Positions 47,804 to 58,441 of a stretch of DNA of 64,000 nt are shown one piece after another. Below the pieces are notes generated by a model, which saw nothing but the letters and a program-made list of their open reading frames with translations, was not told the origin of the DNA and ran no database searches. The position numbers were made by a program, and so were the translations under genes. Source of the DNA: an uncultured bacterium (GTDB lineage Bacteria; Babelota; Babeliae; Babelales; Babelaceae). The DNA lies in the NCBI GenBank assembly GCA_963848965.1, contig CAWKFG010000005.1, forward strand, positions 64,686 to 128,685, in the 5' to 3' direction. The stretch's first letter is position 1, and each line of letters starts with the position of its first letter.

Positions 47804-50503
47804 GTGACTGTAATGGATGTAAAAAATTCTGTTTTTATTATTGACGGATCTTCATTTTTATATAGAGCATACTATAGCATTCGGCCTTTGCATACAAGGC
47901 AAGGAGTACCAGTAAATGCAGTATACGGTTTTTGCCGTATGATAAAAAAGATGCTCGACATGTATCAACCGAGCTCTATGGTTCTTGTCTGGGACAGCCC
48001 AGGTAAAACGGTACGCCATGAGCTGTATGGAGCATATAAAGATTCACGCCAAGCGGCTCCTAGTGATCTCTATAGTCAAAAAAAGCTTATACAAGAATTT
48101 GCAGAGATTATTGGACTCCGTCAATTAGAGATGCCTGGTATTGAAGCAGATGATTTAATGTTTTCACTTGCACAGCAGTTACGAGCAGAGCATACAGATG
48201 CAATTATAGTCTCTTCTGATAAAGATATGGGCCAGGTGCTCGGTGACCATGTGTTTATTTTAGACCCTTTTAAAGAACTATTTATTACTAAAGAAGATCT
48301 TGAAAAAAAGCTTGAGTTTCCAATTGAAAAGCTCCCTTTCTATTATGCTCTTATAGGTGATAGTTCAGATAATATTCCTGGAGTAAAGGGGATCGGTCCA
48401 AAGGGTGCCCAACAGCTTGTTAAGCAATTTACTTCTCTTGAAGAGCTCTATAATAATCTCGATAAAGTTCCGTCAGAACGTATTCGAAAGCTTTTAGAAG
48501 AGTCTCGTGAGAATGCTTTTTTAAGTGAATTGCTCTTTAAATTACGATTTTATGAAACGTATGTAACCAAAGAAAGCACAGCTTTCTCTGTTGAAAATTG
48601 GGATAAAGCCTGTTCATTTTTTGAGCAGCTGGAGTTTAAATCATTTCTTAAAAAAGACGATAAAAAAGAGACAGTTTGTGAACCTGGAGTTTTAGCGTCA
48701 AAGTACACGTTTGTTTTAGTAAATACCCCAGAAGAGCTTAACGAAGTATATAACGAAATTAAAAAACAAAAGCGCTGTGCTATAGATACCGAAAGTACAG
48801 GAACACATCCACTAGCTGGAGATATGGTAGGCCTCTCTGTATGTTCAAAAGAAGGTAAAGCATATTACATTCCTTTTGGGCATAAAACTGGAGAAGTGCA
48901 GCTTACAAAAGATCAAGTGCTTTCTACCTTAAAGCCGCTCTTTGAAGATGAGACTATAGAAAAATATCTTCATCATGCAAAGTATGATGCCTTACAACTG
49001 TTTAGTGCAGGAATTGAGCTCAAGGGTATTGTGTTTGATACTTTACTAGCAGCAAGCTTGTTAGTTGGCGATGGCCAGCGTATTGGACTTAAATATCTTT
49101 CAGACTACTATTTACAAGAACCAATGTTGTTTTTTAACGATGTTGTTAAAAAGAATAAATATAAAGATTTTTCTTATGTTCCTCTAGCTTTGGCAACAGA
49201 ATATGCAGCAGCAGATGCTCACCAAACATTGCGCTTACATGCTCTCTTTGAACAGGGTATTCATGAGCAAGGTATGACAGATCTCTTTCATAAGCTTGAG
49301 ATGCCGTTTATGCATGTTCTTATAAAAATAGAAAAAGATGGTATTTTACTTGATACTACGATTTTGCGAACGATTGATGTACAGGTAACTGAAGAGCTCT
49401 CTCGTTTGCGTATACAGATTATTGATCTTATTGGTCATGAGTATGCCGATATTAATCTTAATTCGCCTAAGCAGCTTGAAGAGTTACTTTTTGAAAAACT
49501 ACAGCTTCCGCCACTCAAAAAGACTGCAGGACGAACGTCATACTCTACAGATCAACAAGTACTACGGGATCTTGCTAAATTACATCCAGTACCTGCACTT
49601 ATTATGAAATACCGCGAGCTTTTTAAACTGAAAAGCACGTACCTTGATTCACTTGGTGAGTATATTAATGCTTATACAGGGCGTATACATACCACGTTTA
49701 GTCAAACAGGGGTAGCAACCGGTAGGCTTTCAAGCTCAGAGCCTAATTTACAGAATATACCAGTACATGGCTTTGGTATGCGTGCAGCATTCAAACCTGC
49801 AGAAAATCATGTTTTCCTCTCTGCAGATTATTCTCAAATTGAGCTCCGTATTCTTGCTTATTTTTCTCAAGATGAAACACTGCTTAAAGCATTTAAAGAG
49901 GATCTTGATATTCATGCACTTACAGCAGCAGGGCTCTTTGATGTTCATTCAAGTCAAGTAACACACGAGCAGCGTCAAATTGGTAAACGTATCAACTTTA
50001 GCATTTTATATGGTCTTACTGCTCATGGCCTAGCACAAGATCTTGAGATACCACATGGTCTTGCAAAAAAGTATATTGAAAAATATATGGCACAGTATCC
50101 TGGCGTTGTTGCATGGATGGATAAAGTAGTAGAAGAGACAAAGCAAAAAGGTTATGTAGAAACTGCGTGGGGCCGCCGTAGATATGTGCCAGGCATCTAT
50201 GAAAAAAATAAAACGCTTTATGATCTTGCAAAACGAGTTACCATTAATATGGTGCCGCAAGGAACTGCAGCAGAAATTATGAAGTGGGGTATGTTACAAC
50301 TTGATAAAGTGCTTACTGAGTATGGTTTACATGCCAAAATGATTTTACAAATTCATGATGAACTATTACTTGAAGTACCTCAAGAAGAGATAGAAAAAAC
50401 AGAACAAGTAGTAAAAGCAGTACTCCAGGGTGTTGTTAATTGGAATGTGCCACTTGTAGTAACAACACGTACTGGTAAAAATTGGCAAGAAGTTACAAAG
50501 TAG
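47804..50503 (+). CDS. polA: DNA polymerase I (5'-3' exo, 3'-5' exo, polymerase)
   Basis: IDGSS..YRAY, EADD, GDSSDNIPGV, IDTES, TGRLSS..PNLQN, ADYSQIELR, QIHDEL. Confidence 0.97.
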   Translation: MTVMDVKNSVFIIDGSSFLYRAYYSIRPLHTRQGVPVNAVYGFCRMIKKMLDMYQPSSMVLVWDSPGKTVRHELYGAYKDSRQAAPSDLYSQKKLIQEFAEIIGLRQLEMPGIEADDLMFSLAQQLRAEHTDAIIVSSDKDMGQVLGDHVFILDPFKELFITKEDLEKKLEFPIEKLPFYYALIGDSSDNIPGVKGIGPKGAQQLVKQFTSLEELYNNLDKVPSERIRKLLEESRENAFLSELLFKLRFYETYVTKESTAFSVENWDKACSFFEQLEFKSFLKKDDKKETVCEPGVLASKYTFVLVNTPEELNEVYNEIKKQKRCAIDTESTGTHPLAGDMVGLSVCSKEGKAYYIPFGHKTGEVQLTKDQVLSTLKPLFEDETIEKYLHHAKYDALQLFSAGIELKGIVFDTLLAASLLVGDGQRIGLKYLSDYYLQEPMLFFNDVVKKNKYKDFSYVPLALATEYAAADAHQTLRLHALFEQGIHEQGMTDLFHKLEMPFMHVLIKIEKDGILLDTTILRTIDVQVTEELSRLRIQIIDLIGHEYADINLNSPKQLEELLFEKLQLPPLKKTAGRTSYSTDQQVLRDLAKLHPVPALIMKYRELFKLKSTYLDSLGEYINAYTGRIHTTFSQTGVATGRLSSSEPNLQNIPVHGFGMRAAFKPAENHVFLSADYSQIELRILAYFSQDETLLKAFKEDLDIHALTAAGLFDVHSSQVTHEQRQIGKRINFSILYGLTAHGLAQDLEIPHGLAKKYIEKYMAQYPGVVAWMDKVVEETKQKGYVETAWGRRRYVPGIYEKNKTLYDLAKRVTINMVPQGTAAEIMKWGMLQLDKVLTEYGLHAKMILQIHDELLLEVPQEEIEKTEQVVKAVLQGVVNWNVPLVVTTRTGKNWQEVTK

Positions 50504-51083
50504 TTTTGAGCCAATCGGCAAATTGTCGTGCTGCTTTTACTCTGCCAAAGTATTTCCATGCAGTTGGATCGTTCCACAATTGTGCGTAGGTAAGTGAAAG
50601 TCCTTCTGGTTGAAAATATCTATAAAAACCAAAAGAATAAGGTGCAGGCACGTCAGGTTTAGAAACATAGTATCCCTGTGTTGATCCACGAAAATAGTGC
50701 ATTGCTCCTTGCTCATCTACATAGACCATACCTACATAAAATTCTACTCGATTATCTTCAGCTGCAAGTTTATACAGTCCTTCATGTCCGAGGGAATCAA
50801 AAACAGGCTTTGAAATAGTACCAGGAAATCTGGGATATGCATGAAAGTAACATCCTGCATCGTCAATTAACAGAGGTTTTTGCAGCTTACACCATGCTTG
50901 TTCTGCTTTATGGCGTAATACTTCTTTTTCATCAAGTGATTGCAGCTCATCAAGCTCTAATTTATGATGATGTAGTTTGATAAAAGGGGCATATTCATTA
51001 AGAAAACGCGTAACTTCAAAAAATTTGCCTTCATTGCTACTTACGTAATAAATTTCATGAATATGAGAAGATTTGTTTTTCAT
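50493..51083 (-). CDS. Ham1/ITPase-family non-canonical purine NTP pyrophosphatase
   Basis: SSNEGK, ELQ, KA, IDDAG, FPG, FGF..F.P...TYAQL. Confidence 0.85.
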   Translation of the reverse strand: MKNKSSHIHEIYYVSSNEGKFFEVTRFLNEYAPFIKLHHHKLELDELQSLDEKEVLRHKAEQAWCKLQKPLLIDDAGCYFHAYPRFPGTISKPVFDSLGHEGLYKLAAEDNRVEFYVGMVYVDEQGAMHYFRGSTQGYYVSKPDVPAPYSFGFYRYFQPEGLSLTYAQLWNDPTAWKYFGRVKAARQFADWLKTTL

Positions 51084-51246
51084 AATAGTATCTGTTTAAA
51101 AATTTACATGTATTACTTAATTAACGCAAAATTATATCATAAGTGCTTACACAAATAAAGAACAAAGTAAAAAAAGATTGAAATTTTTTTTATATTTGGC
51201 AAACTAATATAAGTAGAACTTATAAAATTTAAAATTAGAGTTGGTT

Positions 51247-53016
51247 ATGGTACAAAAAATTACTTTTTTCTTTATTCTTTTGTTCTTCAGTATAAGCATT
51301 CTAGGTAATCAAGCTGATCTGAATCGTTTTAGAATACGGTTATCAGGTCTTTCACAACGTATGATAAAGCCGAAAGAAGCTGCAAAACTAGAAGTTCCAA
51401 AAAATGCTGTTCAAGAAAAACCTGAAGCTCCTAAAAGTTTTCTTGATGAAATTAAGCAGAAAAAAGAGTTAAAGCACGTAGATGTGCAGGCTCCTCGCGA
51501 ATTTGATTTAGTAGATGAGCTACATAAACAAGCAGGGGAAAAAAAGAGCATTTTAGGCTTAGTAGATGCTGTAAAAACAGAAGATAAACAAGTAAAAGAG
51601 CTTGTAGAAACAGTAGATGCAAAACTCAAATGTGCAGCTCCTCTCTCACAGCCAGAAAAAGAGTTTATAGAAAAAGAAGCGGCAGTAAAAAAAGCAGAGC
51701 TTGAAAAAGCAAAAGAATATGCGCTTACTCTTGACGCTAACAAAGTTATTGAGAATATACGCTCTCTTGATAGCAAATTAGAAGCTCAAATTAAATCTAT
51801 TCAAGAAATAAAAGCTTGTAAAAATCATGAGAAACTCAATACAATTTTAGAACACTGGCCACTACAAAAATTAAAAGGGTTTTCTTCAACACAAGATCTT
51901 CAAGATATAACTGAGATAGATATTGAGCCTATAAAAGTACAGCTTACCAAGATTCTTGACTGTAAAAATGTACTTGTAAAAACGCTTAAAAGTGCATTTA
52001 GTAAACACACAAAAGATGAGCTTACACAGTCACTCGCCGATATCCAAGAAGCAAAAACAGCGTTAAGTGCTGTCTTTAATGGTATTGAACAGTATTCTAA
52101 AAGCAGAGAATTTAGAGAAGCAGAAGCTCTTCTTTTAACGAGAACTCAAGGTAAACAACCGTCTGCTATCAATTATAAGATATTGCCAAAAGTGCTTCCG
52201 CACTTCTTTATACTTATTGATGCTTCTTTGTGTATGCATAAAGATCTTCAGGATGTTCTGCAAGGGCTGCTTGCTAAAATAAAAAATTTTGAACGAGTTC
52301 GTGTAAAACTATCAGAAGAGATTGAAAAAGATACAATCGATACACTTATAAGAGATTATATGCTCTGTTCCTGTTCACAAAAGAATGAACATCTGTATGG
52401 AATATTGCTCAAAAATGTTCCAGCAGATCGTTGGCATGCAATTAAAGCTCTACGAGAAAAGTACCTTAAAGAGCTTTTTAAGCTTCTTGAATTGTATGCA
52501 CATAATCATTTTAAAGATGCCTTTGAGCATGCAGTAAAAGAATATAAGGTTATTGATGAACGATATAAGAAACTTGAAAAAGAATGTGCTACAAAAATTG
52601 AACAAGCTCGAGATCTTTGTGAAAAAGAGCTTAAAGCGCTTGATATAGAGCGAAGCGCAATAAGAATAAAACTACAGGGTACTCTTGTAAGAGAAACAGC
52701 TTCACAAGAACTCCTTACGGAAAAAATAAAGCAAGCACAAAAGTTTTTTGAAGACACAATAAAACAAGCTTCTCTACCTGAGTTTTCAAAGCAGTTGTGG
52801 AGCTCTTCAATTGCACGCTATGTAGGAGATATCTTGAAAAGCTATAATAAGTTAGATAGAATACAGCTTTATGAAACTGTTTTGCCTCCTGTAATTGAAG
52901 TACAAGATATTTTCCAAACAATGCGCAATAGGTTGCAGACATTTACTCCTGTACTACCTATAAAAAAGAACAACTCGCCTGAGCACGATGACGACCAAGA
53001 TAATAAGTGGAATTAA
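51247..53016 (+). CDS. Secreted coiled-coil protein with a WH2-like segment
   Basis: Signal peptide; SFLDEIKQKKELKHV resembles the WH2 consensus LLxxIxxGxxLKKV. Confidence 0.7.
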   Translation: MVQKITFFFILLFFSISILGNQADLNRFRIRLSGLSQRMIKPKEAAKLEVPKNAVQEKPEAPKSFLDEIKQKKELKHVDVQAPREFDLVDELHKQAGEKKSILGLVDAVKTEDKQVKELVETVDAKLKCAAPLSQPEKEFIEKEAAVKKAELEKAKEYALTLDANKVIENIRSLDSKLEAQIKSIQEIKACKNHEKLNTILEHWPLQKLKGFSSTQDLQDITEIDIEPIKVQLTKILDCKNVLVKTLKSAFSKHTKDELTQSLADIQEAKTALSAVFNGIEQYSKSREFREAEALLLTRTQGKQPSAINYKILPKVLPHFFILIDASLCMHKDLQDVLQGLLAKIKNFERVRVKLSEEIEKDTIDTLIRDYMLCSCSQKNEHLYGILLKNVPADRWHAIKALREKYLKELFKLLELYAHNHFKDAFEHAVKEYKVIDERYKKLEKECATKIEQARDLCEKELKALDIERSAIRIKLQGTLVRETASQELLTEKIKQAQKFFEDTIKQASLPEFSKQLWSSSIARYVGDILKSYNKLDRIQLYETVLPPVIEVQDIFQTMRNRLQTFTPVLPIKKNNSPEHDDDQDNKWN

Positions 53017-53122
53017 ATTGCTTTCTAGAAAATAAAAATAATTTTTATTCTTATTATTGAAATTTGTTGAAATTAGAGTATGCTTAAAACATGATAATAA
53101 GTAACCTTTAATTTCAACTTTT

Positions 53123-53674
53123 ATGACTCGACGATTAGCAATTATTTTTTTTATACCACTTCTTTATAGCTTTCTCGCTTATAGTATGGCGATTCCTCAA
53201 GTTGTTAAAGAAGATCCTCTTAATAAATGTGTATCCTTCTTATATAAAGAAGGGTACCTCTCTAAAGAAGTCTATGAGCTTTATCTTTTATGTGATGAGG
53301 ATTTCATCCTTTTTCATATGATTGCACGGGGCTATAAAGGCTTTTTATTCAGCAAAGCTTCGCACTATTGGTATACAAAAAGCTCTTCTCATTTTATTAA
53401 AGATCTAAAAAACCTTCTTTTGCTTTTTTTTGAATATTCTTTTAATAAGCAGTACTATAAAAGAGTTCTCGCTTTATATTTCAAAACGCTACACACTTTA
53501 CCTGGTTATAGTGCTATAACTGATCAGGAAATACGTTATATAATTAACTGGTGTAAGCATTATCGAATAAGCTTAGCTCCTTTTGTCAAAGCTCTGCTTA
53601 TAGAAGTATATGAACCTCCAATAAAGCTTTTAAGGTCCCTGCTTCTCTTGAAAAATACACGGTATATACTATAG
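53123..53674 (+). CDS. Hypothetical secreted protein
   Basis: Signal peptide AYS-MA. Confidence 0.65.
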   Translation: MTRRLAIIFFIPLLYSFLAYSMAIPQVVKEDPLNKCVSFLYKEGYLSKEVYELYLLCDEDFILFHMIARGYKGFLFSKASHYWYTKSSSHFIKDLKNLLLLFFEYSFNKQYYKRVLALYFKTLHTLPGYSAITDQEIRYIINWCKHYRISLAPFVKALLIEVYEPPIKLLRSLLLLKNTRYIL

Positions 53675-53718
53675 ATTTTACAGTACTGATTAGGGGACAT
53701 GGAGGTCTACCTGGGGGC

Positions 53719-54612
53719 TTATTTTAAGCCCCCTAAAATAATGTCTCTTGTTCCTCGTCCATATCTTTTAAACGATTTCCAAGGATCCTGTACAAGCCGA
53801 GGAGCTATATTTTTAATGGTATATGTTTGTGAAGAGAGCTTTTTATTAGTAAGCTCATCCCAGTACAAAGGGGTAGCTACAGGAGCTCCAGGATGAGCGC
53901 GTACTGCATAAGGAGCTACAGCCGTAGAGCCATATTGGTTACGTAATGTATCAATAAATACTCTTCCATGTCGTTTATCTTTTCGAATCTCTACGGTAAC
54001 ATGCTCAGGCTCTTTTTCAAGAAGCGCGTGAGCGCAGCGCAATGCAAAAGCCTTTACCTCTTCAAATGTGCAAGTGCTATCTAAGGGCACTGTTACATGA
54101 ATTCCATGAGAGCCTGTGGTCATAACATACGGGTGTAACTTAAAGCTTTCTAGTAATTCTTTAAGCCGTAATGCTATATGACACACTAATTGAAAATCGT
54201 GACTCGATGGATCAAGATCAAAAATCATTTTATCAGGATAATGAAGATTATCGATTCTTGAAAGCCATACATGAGGAGTAATACATGCTTGGTTTGCAAG
54301 ATACACAAGCGTTGCTTTGTTCTGGCATACAACATAATTGTTGTAACCACCTTCTTTTGGGATAAGCACTTGTTTTATCCAGCGAGGAAAATAGGCAGAA
54401 GCATCTTTTTGATAAAATGATTCTCCTAAAATACCATCAGGAAACCGATGCATCATAAGTGCTCTCTCTTTAAGATAGGGAATCATAAGAGGAGCAACAG
54501 TAGCGTAGTACTCAATAAGATCGCCCTTAGTAATACCATCAGGAAAAAGTAGTTTATCCGGATTGGTAATGGTAACACAGTACTTTCCAAAACAAAACTT
54601 TGCCATAGTCAT
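53719..54612 (-). CDS. LigD primase-polymerase domain, stand-alone
   Basis: TNPDKLLFP, TKGDLIEYY, RFPDG..FYQK, FDLDP, TTGSHGIHV, VFIDTLRN, APYAVRA. Confidence 0.92.
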   Translation of the reverse strand: MTMAKFCFGKYCVTITNPDKLLFPDGITKGDLIEYYATVAPLMIPYLKERALMMHRFPDGILGESFYQKDASAYFPRWIKQVLIPKEGGYNNYVVCQNKATLVYLANQACITPHVWLSRIDNLHYPDKMIFDLDPSSHDFQLVCHIALRLKELLESFKLHPYVMTTGSHGIHVTVPLDSTCTFEEVKAFALRCAHALLEKEPEHVTVEIRKDKRHGRVFIDTLRNQYGSTAVAPYAVRAHPGAPVATPLYWDELTNKKLSSQTYTIKNIAPRLVQDPWKSFKRYGRGTRDIILGGLK

Positions 54613-55169
54613 TCAATCTCTTCTATAGTTTTTTTACTGAGCACTGATTCAGGACGCTCTTCTGTGATATTTCCAGGATGAGCCTCTTCATCTTTCATTT
54701 TGAAAAATAACCAGCCATTTCGTTGTAAGTGTGTTTTAATAAGTGCATAAGCACCATGCAATTTTTTGCCTTCAAGCCAAATTTCTACTTTACCATCGTC
54801 AATAGATTCAGTTATGTTCAGTTCTCGTAAATTTTTAAATGTTCCTAAGTCCCAGACAAGTACTTGTCCTGCTCCATAGTTTCCTTCGGGAATAACTCCT
54901 TCAAAGTGAGCATAGTCAAGAGGGTGATCTTCGGTCATAAGAGCTAAACGCTTATCATGCGGATCTGTTGAGGGTCCTTTAGGAATAGCCCAGGATTTTA
55001 GGACACCTGCTTCTTCTAAGCGAAAATCATAGTGCAAACTAGTAGCATCATGCTTTTGAATAACAAAAAGAGGACGCTTATGTGCGCGTACTCTGGTACC
55101 TTGTGGTTCTGGAGTGCGAGAGAAATCACGCTTTTTTTTGTATTTTTGTAAGTTATTTTTCTTATTCAT
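54609..55169 (-). CDS. LigD 3'-phosphoesterase domain, stand-alone
   Basis: KRDFSRTPEP, FVIQKHDA..LHYDFRLE, LKSWAIPKGPS, EDHPLDY..FEG.IP. Confidence 0.93.
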   Translation of the reverse strand: MNKKNNLQKYKKKRDFSRTPEPQGTRVRAHKRPLFVIQKHDATSLHYDFRLEEAGVLKSWAIPKGPSTDPHDKRLALMTEDHPLDYAHFEGVIPEGNYGAGQVLVWDLGTFKNLRELNITESIDDGKVEIWLEGKKLHGAYALIKTHLQRNGWLFFKMKDEEAHPGNITEERPESVLSKKTIEEIE

Positions 55170-55222
55170 AAATCAACATATCTTCCAACTTATAATCTAC
55201 TATTAGTATAACTACATCTCTT

Positions 55223-56020
55223 TTATTGAGATGTGTTAAATAGAGTAGTAACTCTATCTTGTAATGGGCCTAGCGGTTGAGCAGGTACCCTATCTTTATC
55301 AGTAAGAAATGCTTTTAGTTTGTTCTTTAATGGTACTTCGTTAAAATAGTCATAGTCTCTATAGGCAACATCAAACCAGTCATCACCATAATATGCATTA
55401 AGATAAGGTCGTGCATTGTGTGGTCCATTTACCACAATGGCGCCAAATTTATACTCTTTTAATGGATAAAGCTCCTCTTTTTTAATGTGCATATTATACG
55501 TTGTTCTTTTTCTTCGCATCGATTTTGCTTTTTCTCTTTCATAATATATTTTATCGTTAACTTCTTGTGTAATAAAAATGTCTAAAGAAGGATATTTAAA
55601 GAGTAGACGAGGGCGTACTATTCCGTCTTTTGGATAAATCTTATAACCAAAAAACATCTCAATCATTCCATATCCTAATTGCTCAAACAAAGGTTTTATA
55701 GTTAAAAGCCTTTGTTCATCAGTTTTATCAACGCATATATCTAAGTCCTCATCCCAAGTAATAATTCCTTGATGTCTTTCTGCACCAATAAGAGTTCCTG
55801 AATCAATCCAGTAGGGAATCTCGTTTTTTACAAATAACTCGTGAACGTCTTTCATCATTTGGTAAAGTTTTAAGATAGTCATTCCATTTGTCTTTCCTAA
55901 GAGGCTAGTATCTTTAAGCAGTATCGTAGGAACTTCATACTTTTTTGTATGAGCTCGTATAATATGGCAGCCTAGTAAAGTAATAAATACAATACCAAGG
56001 CTATATAATTTATAGTTCAT
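55223..56020 (-). CDS. LicD-family phosphotransferase
   Basis: YWIDSGTLIGAERHQGIITWDEDLDI, LDIF, YLNAYYGDDW. Confidence 0.88.
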   Translation of the reverse strand: MNYKLYSLGIVFITLLGCHIIRAHTKKYEVPTILLKDTSLLGKTNGMTILKLYQMMKDVHELFVKNEIPYWIDSGTLIGAERHQGIITWDEDLDICVDKTDEQRLLTIKPLFEQLGYGMIEMFFGYKIYPKDGIVRPRLLFKYPSLDIFITQEVNDKIYYEREKAKSMRRKRTTYNMHIKKEELYPLKEYKFGAIVVNGPHNARPYLNAYYGDDWFDVAYRDYDYFNEVPLKNKLKAFLTDKDRVPAQPLGPLQDRVTTLFNTSQ

Positions 56021-56285
56021 AAGGTTCTCTATAGAGTAAAAATAAATTTAAAGTATCTTAGTAAAACACTATAACTCTTTGTCAACTGTTTGCATACTAT
56101 GTTTAGTTAAACTGACTTCTTTTAGTAGAAATGAAATGAAAGCCTTCTTTAAAGATTATATTACTTACAGCTCATTGCGTTTCTAAATAAGAGCTGGCAT
56201 AGAGTTTGTTGACAAGTCTTTAGTATACATATTATGTTATTTACACTTGTTTGGAAAATGGTCTCAAAAGCTAAAAAGGAGAAAA

Positions 56286-56924
56286 ATGAATACTGTTTTA
56301 ATAAGATTAGGTATTACTTTATTATTTATCTCAGCCCAAGTAGTTTGTATTTCAGCTAAAACTCCCATTAGTTCATCTGGTTACTGGATAGGAGAATCAG
56401 CAAAAGAAGAGCATATTTTTGATGAATTGTTAGCGTCAGGTCTTGTTAAGTTTTTTAAGAAGGAAAGGGCTAACTCTATAGTAGATTTTGGTTGTGGTCT
56501 TGCTCAGTATGTACGTGTATTATTAGAGAATGGTTTACAGTGCGAAGGATATGATGGAAATCCAGCAACTCCTTCTCTTACTAATAATTTAGCAAAGGTT
56601 ATAGATTTAAGTATTCCATTTAATTTAGAAACTAAATTTGATTGGGTAGTAAGTTTAGAAGTAGGGGAGCACTTACCGCCACAGTTTGAGACAGTTTTTA
56701 TTGAAAATTTAATACGCCACTGTTCAAAAGGTATTATATTAAGCTGGGCTGTAAAAGGCCAAGGTGGTCATGGACACTTTAATGAGCAAAATAATAACTA
56801 TATTAAATCAATTTTTGTTGATAAATACGGCTTTACTAATGATGTGACTGTTGAAAAAGAGTTAAGAAAACAAGCGAAACTTGTTCACTTTAAAAGAACT
56901 ATTATGGTATTTCGTAAACAATAA
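56286..56924 (+). CDS. Class I SAM-dependent methyltransferase
   Basis: VDFGCG, GYDGN, SLEVGEH, GQGGHGHFNE. Confidence 0.85.
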   Translation: MNTVLIRLGITLLFISAQVVCISAKTPISSSGYWIGESAKEEHIFDELLASGLVKFFKKERANSIVDFGCGLAQYVRVLLENGLQCEGYDGNPATPSLTNNLAKVIDLSIPFNLETKFDWVVSLEVGEHLPPQFETVFIENLIRHCSKGIILSWAVKGQGGHGHFNEQNNNYIKSIFVDKYGFTNDVTVEKELRKQAKLVHFKRTIMVFRKQ

Positions 56925-56940
56925 GCTACAACTATTGAAA

Positions 56941-56972
56941 AACACCTAACAGCGTTAACGCTGTTAGGTGTT
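56941..56972. terminator. Perfect 32-bp palindrome between convergent genes
   Basis: AACACCTAACAGCGTT|AACGCTGTTAGGTGTT. Confidence 0.7.
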
Positions 56973-56986
56973 GCAGAGTTTCCTAT

Positions 56987-57125
56987 TTATTTAGGCACTT
57001 CTTTAAATACTGTTAAATTAATATCCTCATTAAAAATATCTAACTTAACCTTGTTGATCTCAAGGTAATTGATTAAGTATGGATTCATTGATATCCCTTC
57101 GTCACCAATATGTATCACTCTATTA
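56987..57125 (-). pseudogene. 3' remnant of an AT-rich gene cut at the GC junction
   Basis: NRVIHIGDEGISMNPYLINYLEINKVKLDIF...VPK*; upstream part replaced by GC-rich DNA. Confidence 0.6.
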
Positions 57126-57131
57126 ACGACG

Positions 57132-58129
57132 CACGTTCGGCAGGTATGGCATGCCCGGCGTATTGCCGGAAAAGACGTGGATGTCGGAGATCGTGTCCGG
57201 CCCGCAGCCGCCCGCGATCGCCACCTCCGCCACCGTGAAATCAAAACTGCCGCCGCCATGCCCGACGTCGAACATCACGCCGCGCTGCTTGGCGGCAAGC
57301 GCTGCCGGCAGCAGCTTGCCATCCTGCACGATGTTGGTGAAGACGCCGCCGATGTTCGGCGCGCCGGAATAGGCATGGGTCAATACGTCGCCGGGCCGCA
57401 GCAGATCGAGAATCTCCGACATCAACTCCCTGGTCTCGACGCCGCCGATATGCACCATCATCTTGGCCGGCCAGCCGCACATCTCGCAGGCTTTTATCGC
57501 TCGCTTCAGCGGTTCGAGGCCATGCTTGGCAATGACGTTCTCCGACATCCGGACTTTGACGCCGAGCAGGAAATCCGGATTCTCGGCCAGCGCCATGGCG
57601 CAGGCGTCGATTTGCGCGTGGTCGATGTTGTAGAGTTCGGCGACCGGGAAGCCCGACAAGCCGTTATTGGCGATATGGACGAAGGCGTAAATCCGTGCCC
57701 GCGATTGCGCCACGATGTAGCGGCGCAGCGCCGCGATATTGTTGACGCCGGCGTCGCCCGCCGAAACGACCGTGGTGGTGGCCTGCGCCTGCACCAATTC
57801 GTCGGCGGGAATACCGATCGCTGAGCCATAGGGGTAGACGTGGGAATGCAGGTCGATCAGGCCCGGCGTCACCAGTCGGCCCGCAGCGTCGATGGTCCTC
57901 GCGGCGCGCGCCGCCGGAATTTCGTCCTCCACCGCCTCGATCACACCCCAGCGAATGCCGATATCACGTTTTCCCCGGAGCGACTGGCTCGGGTCGAGCA
58001 CGTCGCCGCCCTTGATCACGAGGTCGAACTTGTCGTTCGGACCCATCGCGGCATTGGCGGGGCGGACATCGCAGCGACCGCGGCCGATCCAGACACGCTC
58101 AGAAAATCACGGCGTGAAAACCCGCTCAT
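57132..58129 (-). CDS. Amidohydrolase (dihydroorotase/deacetylase-like) with Tat signal; frameshifted and 3'-truncated
   Basis: SRRDFL Tat leader in a different frame from PGLIDLHSH, MVHIG, GDVLTH, FDVGHG; ends at PYLPNV. Confidence 0.85.
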
Positions 58130-58441
58130 GGCATCGCTCCCCCATATGATTTTTATGGCGCGATGATGCGCCGGGCACAGGCTTAACGCAAGCGGGCGTG
58201 CATCGCCCACGCAAAGTCAATGCCGGGCGGCCGGCGGTCCGTCGGGGCACGCGGTAACGCAGCGAATCAAGTCCGACCGCGGAGGTGATGGTATAGCTGG
58301 GCTCAACCCGTGCACGGAAAGCCAAACGCACGGCATCCGCAACCTAGTGGCTGAACAGACATTCAGAATTCTCTTCAAGTTTCGTCGGAACGTTCCCGGC
58401 GATGCGCTGTTCTATCCTCGCTCAATTGAGGAGGACAAGTA

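Noticed and set aside
56987..57259. 90-aa ORF (and 57069..57824) spanning the junction
   Set aside because: Hybrids of AT-rich sequence and off-frame or antisense GC-rich sequence
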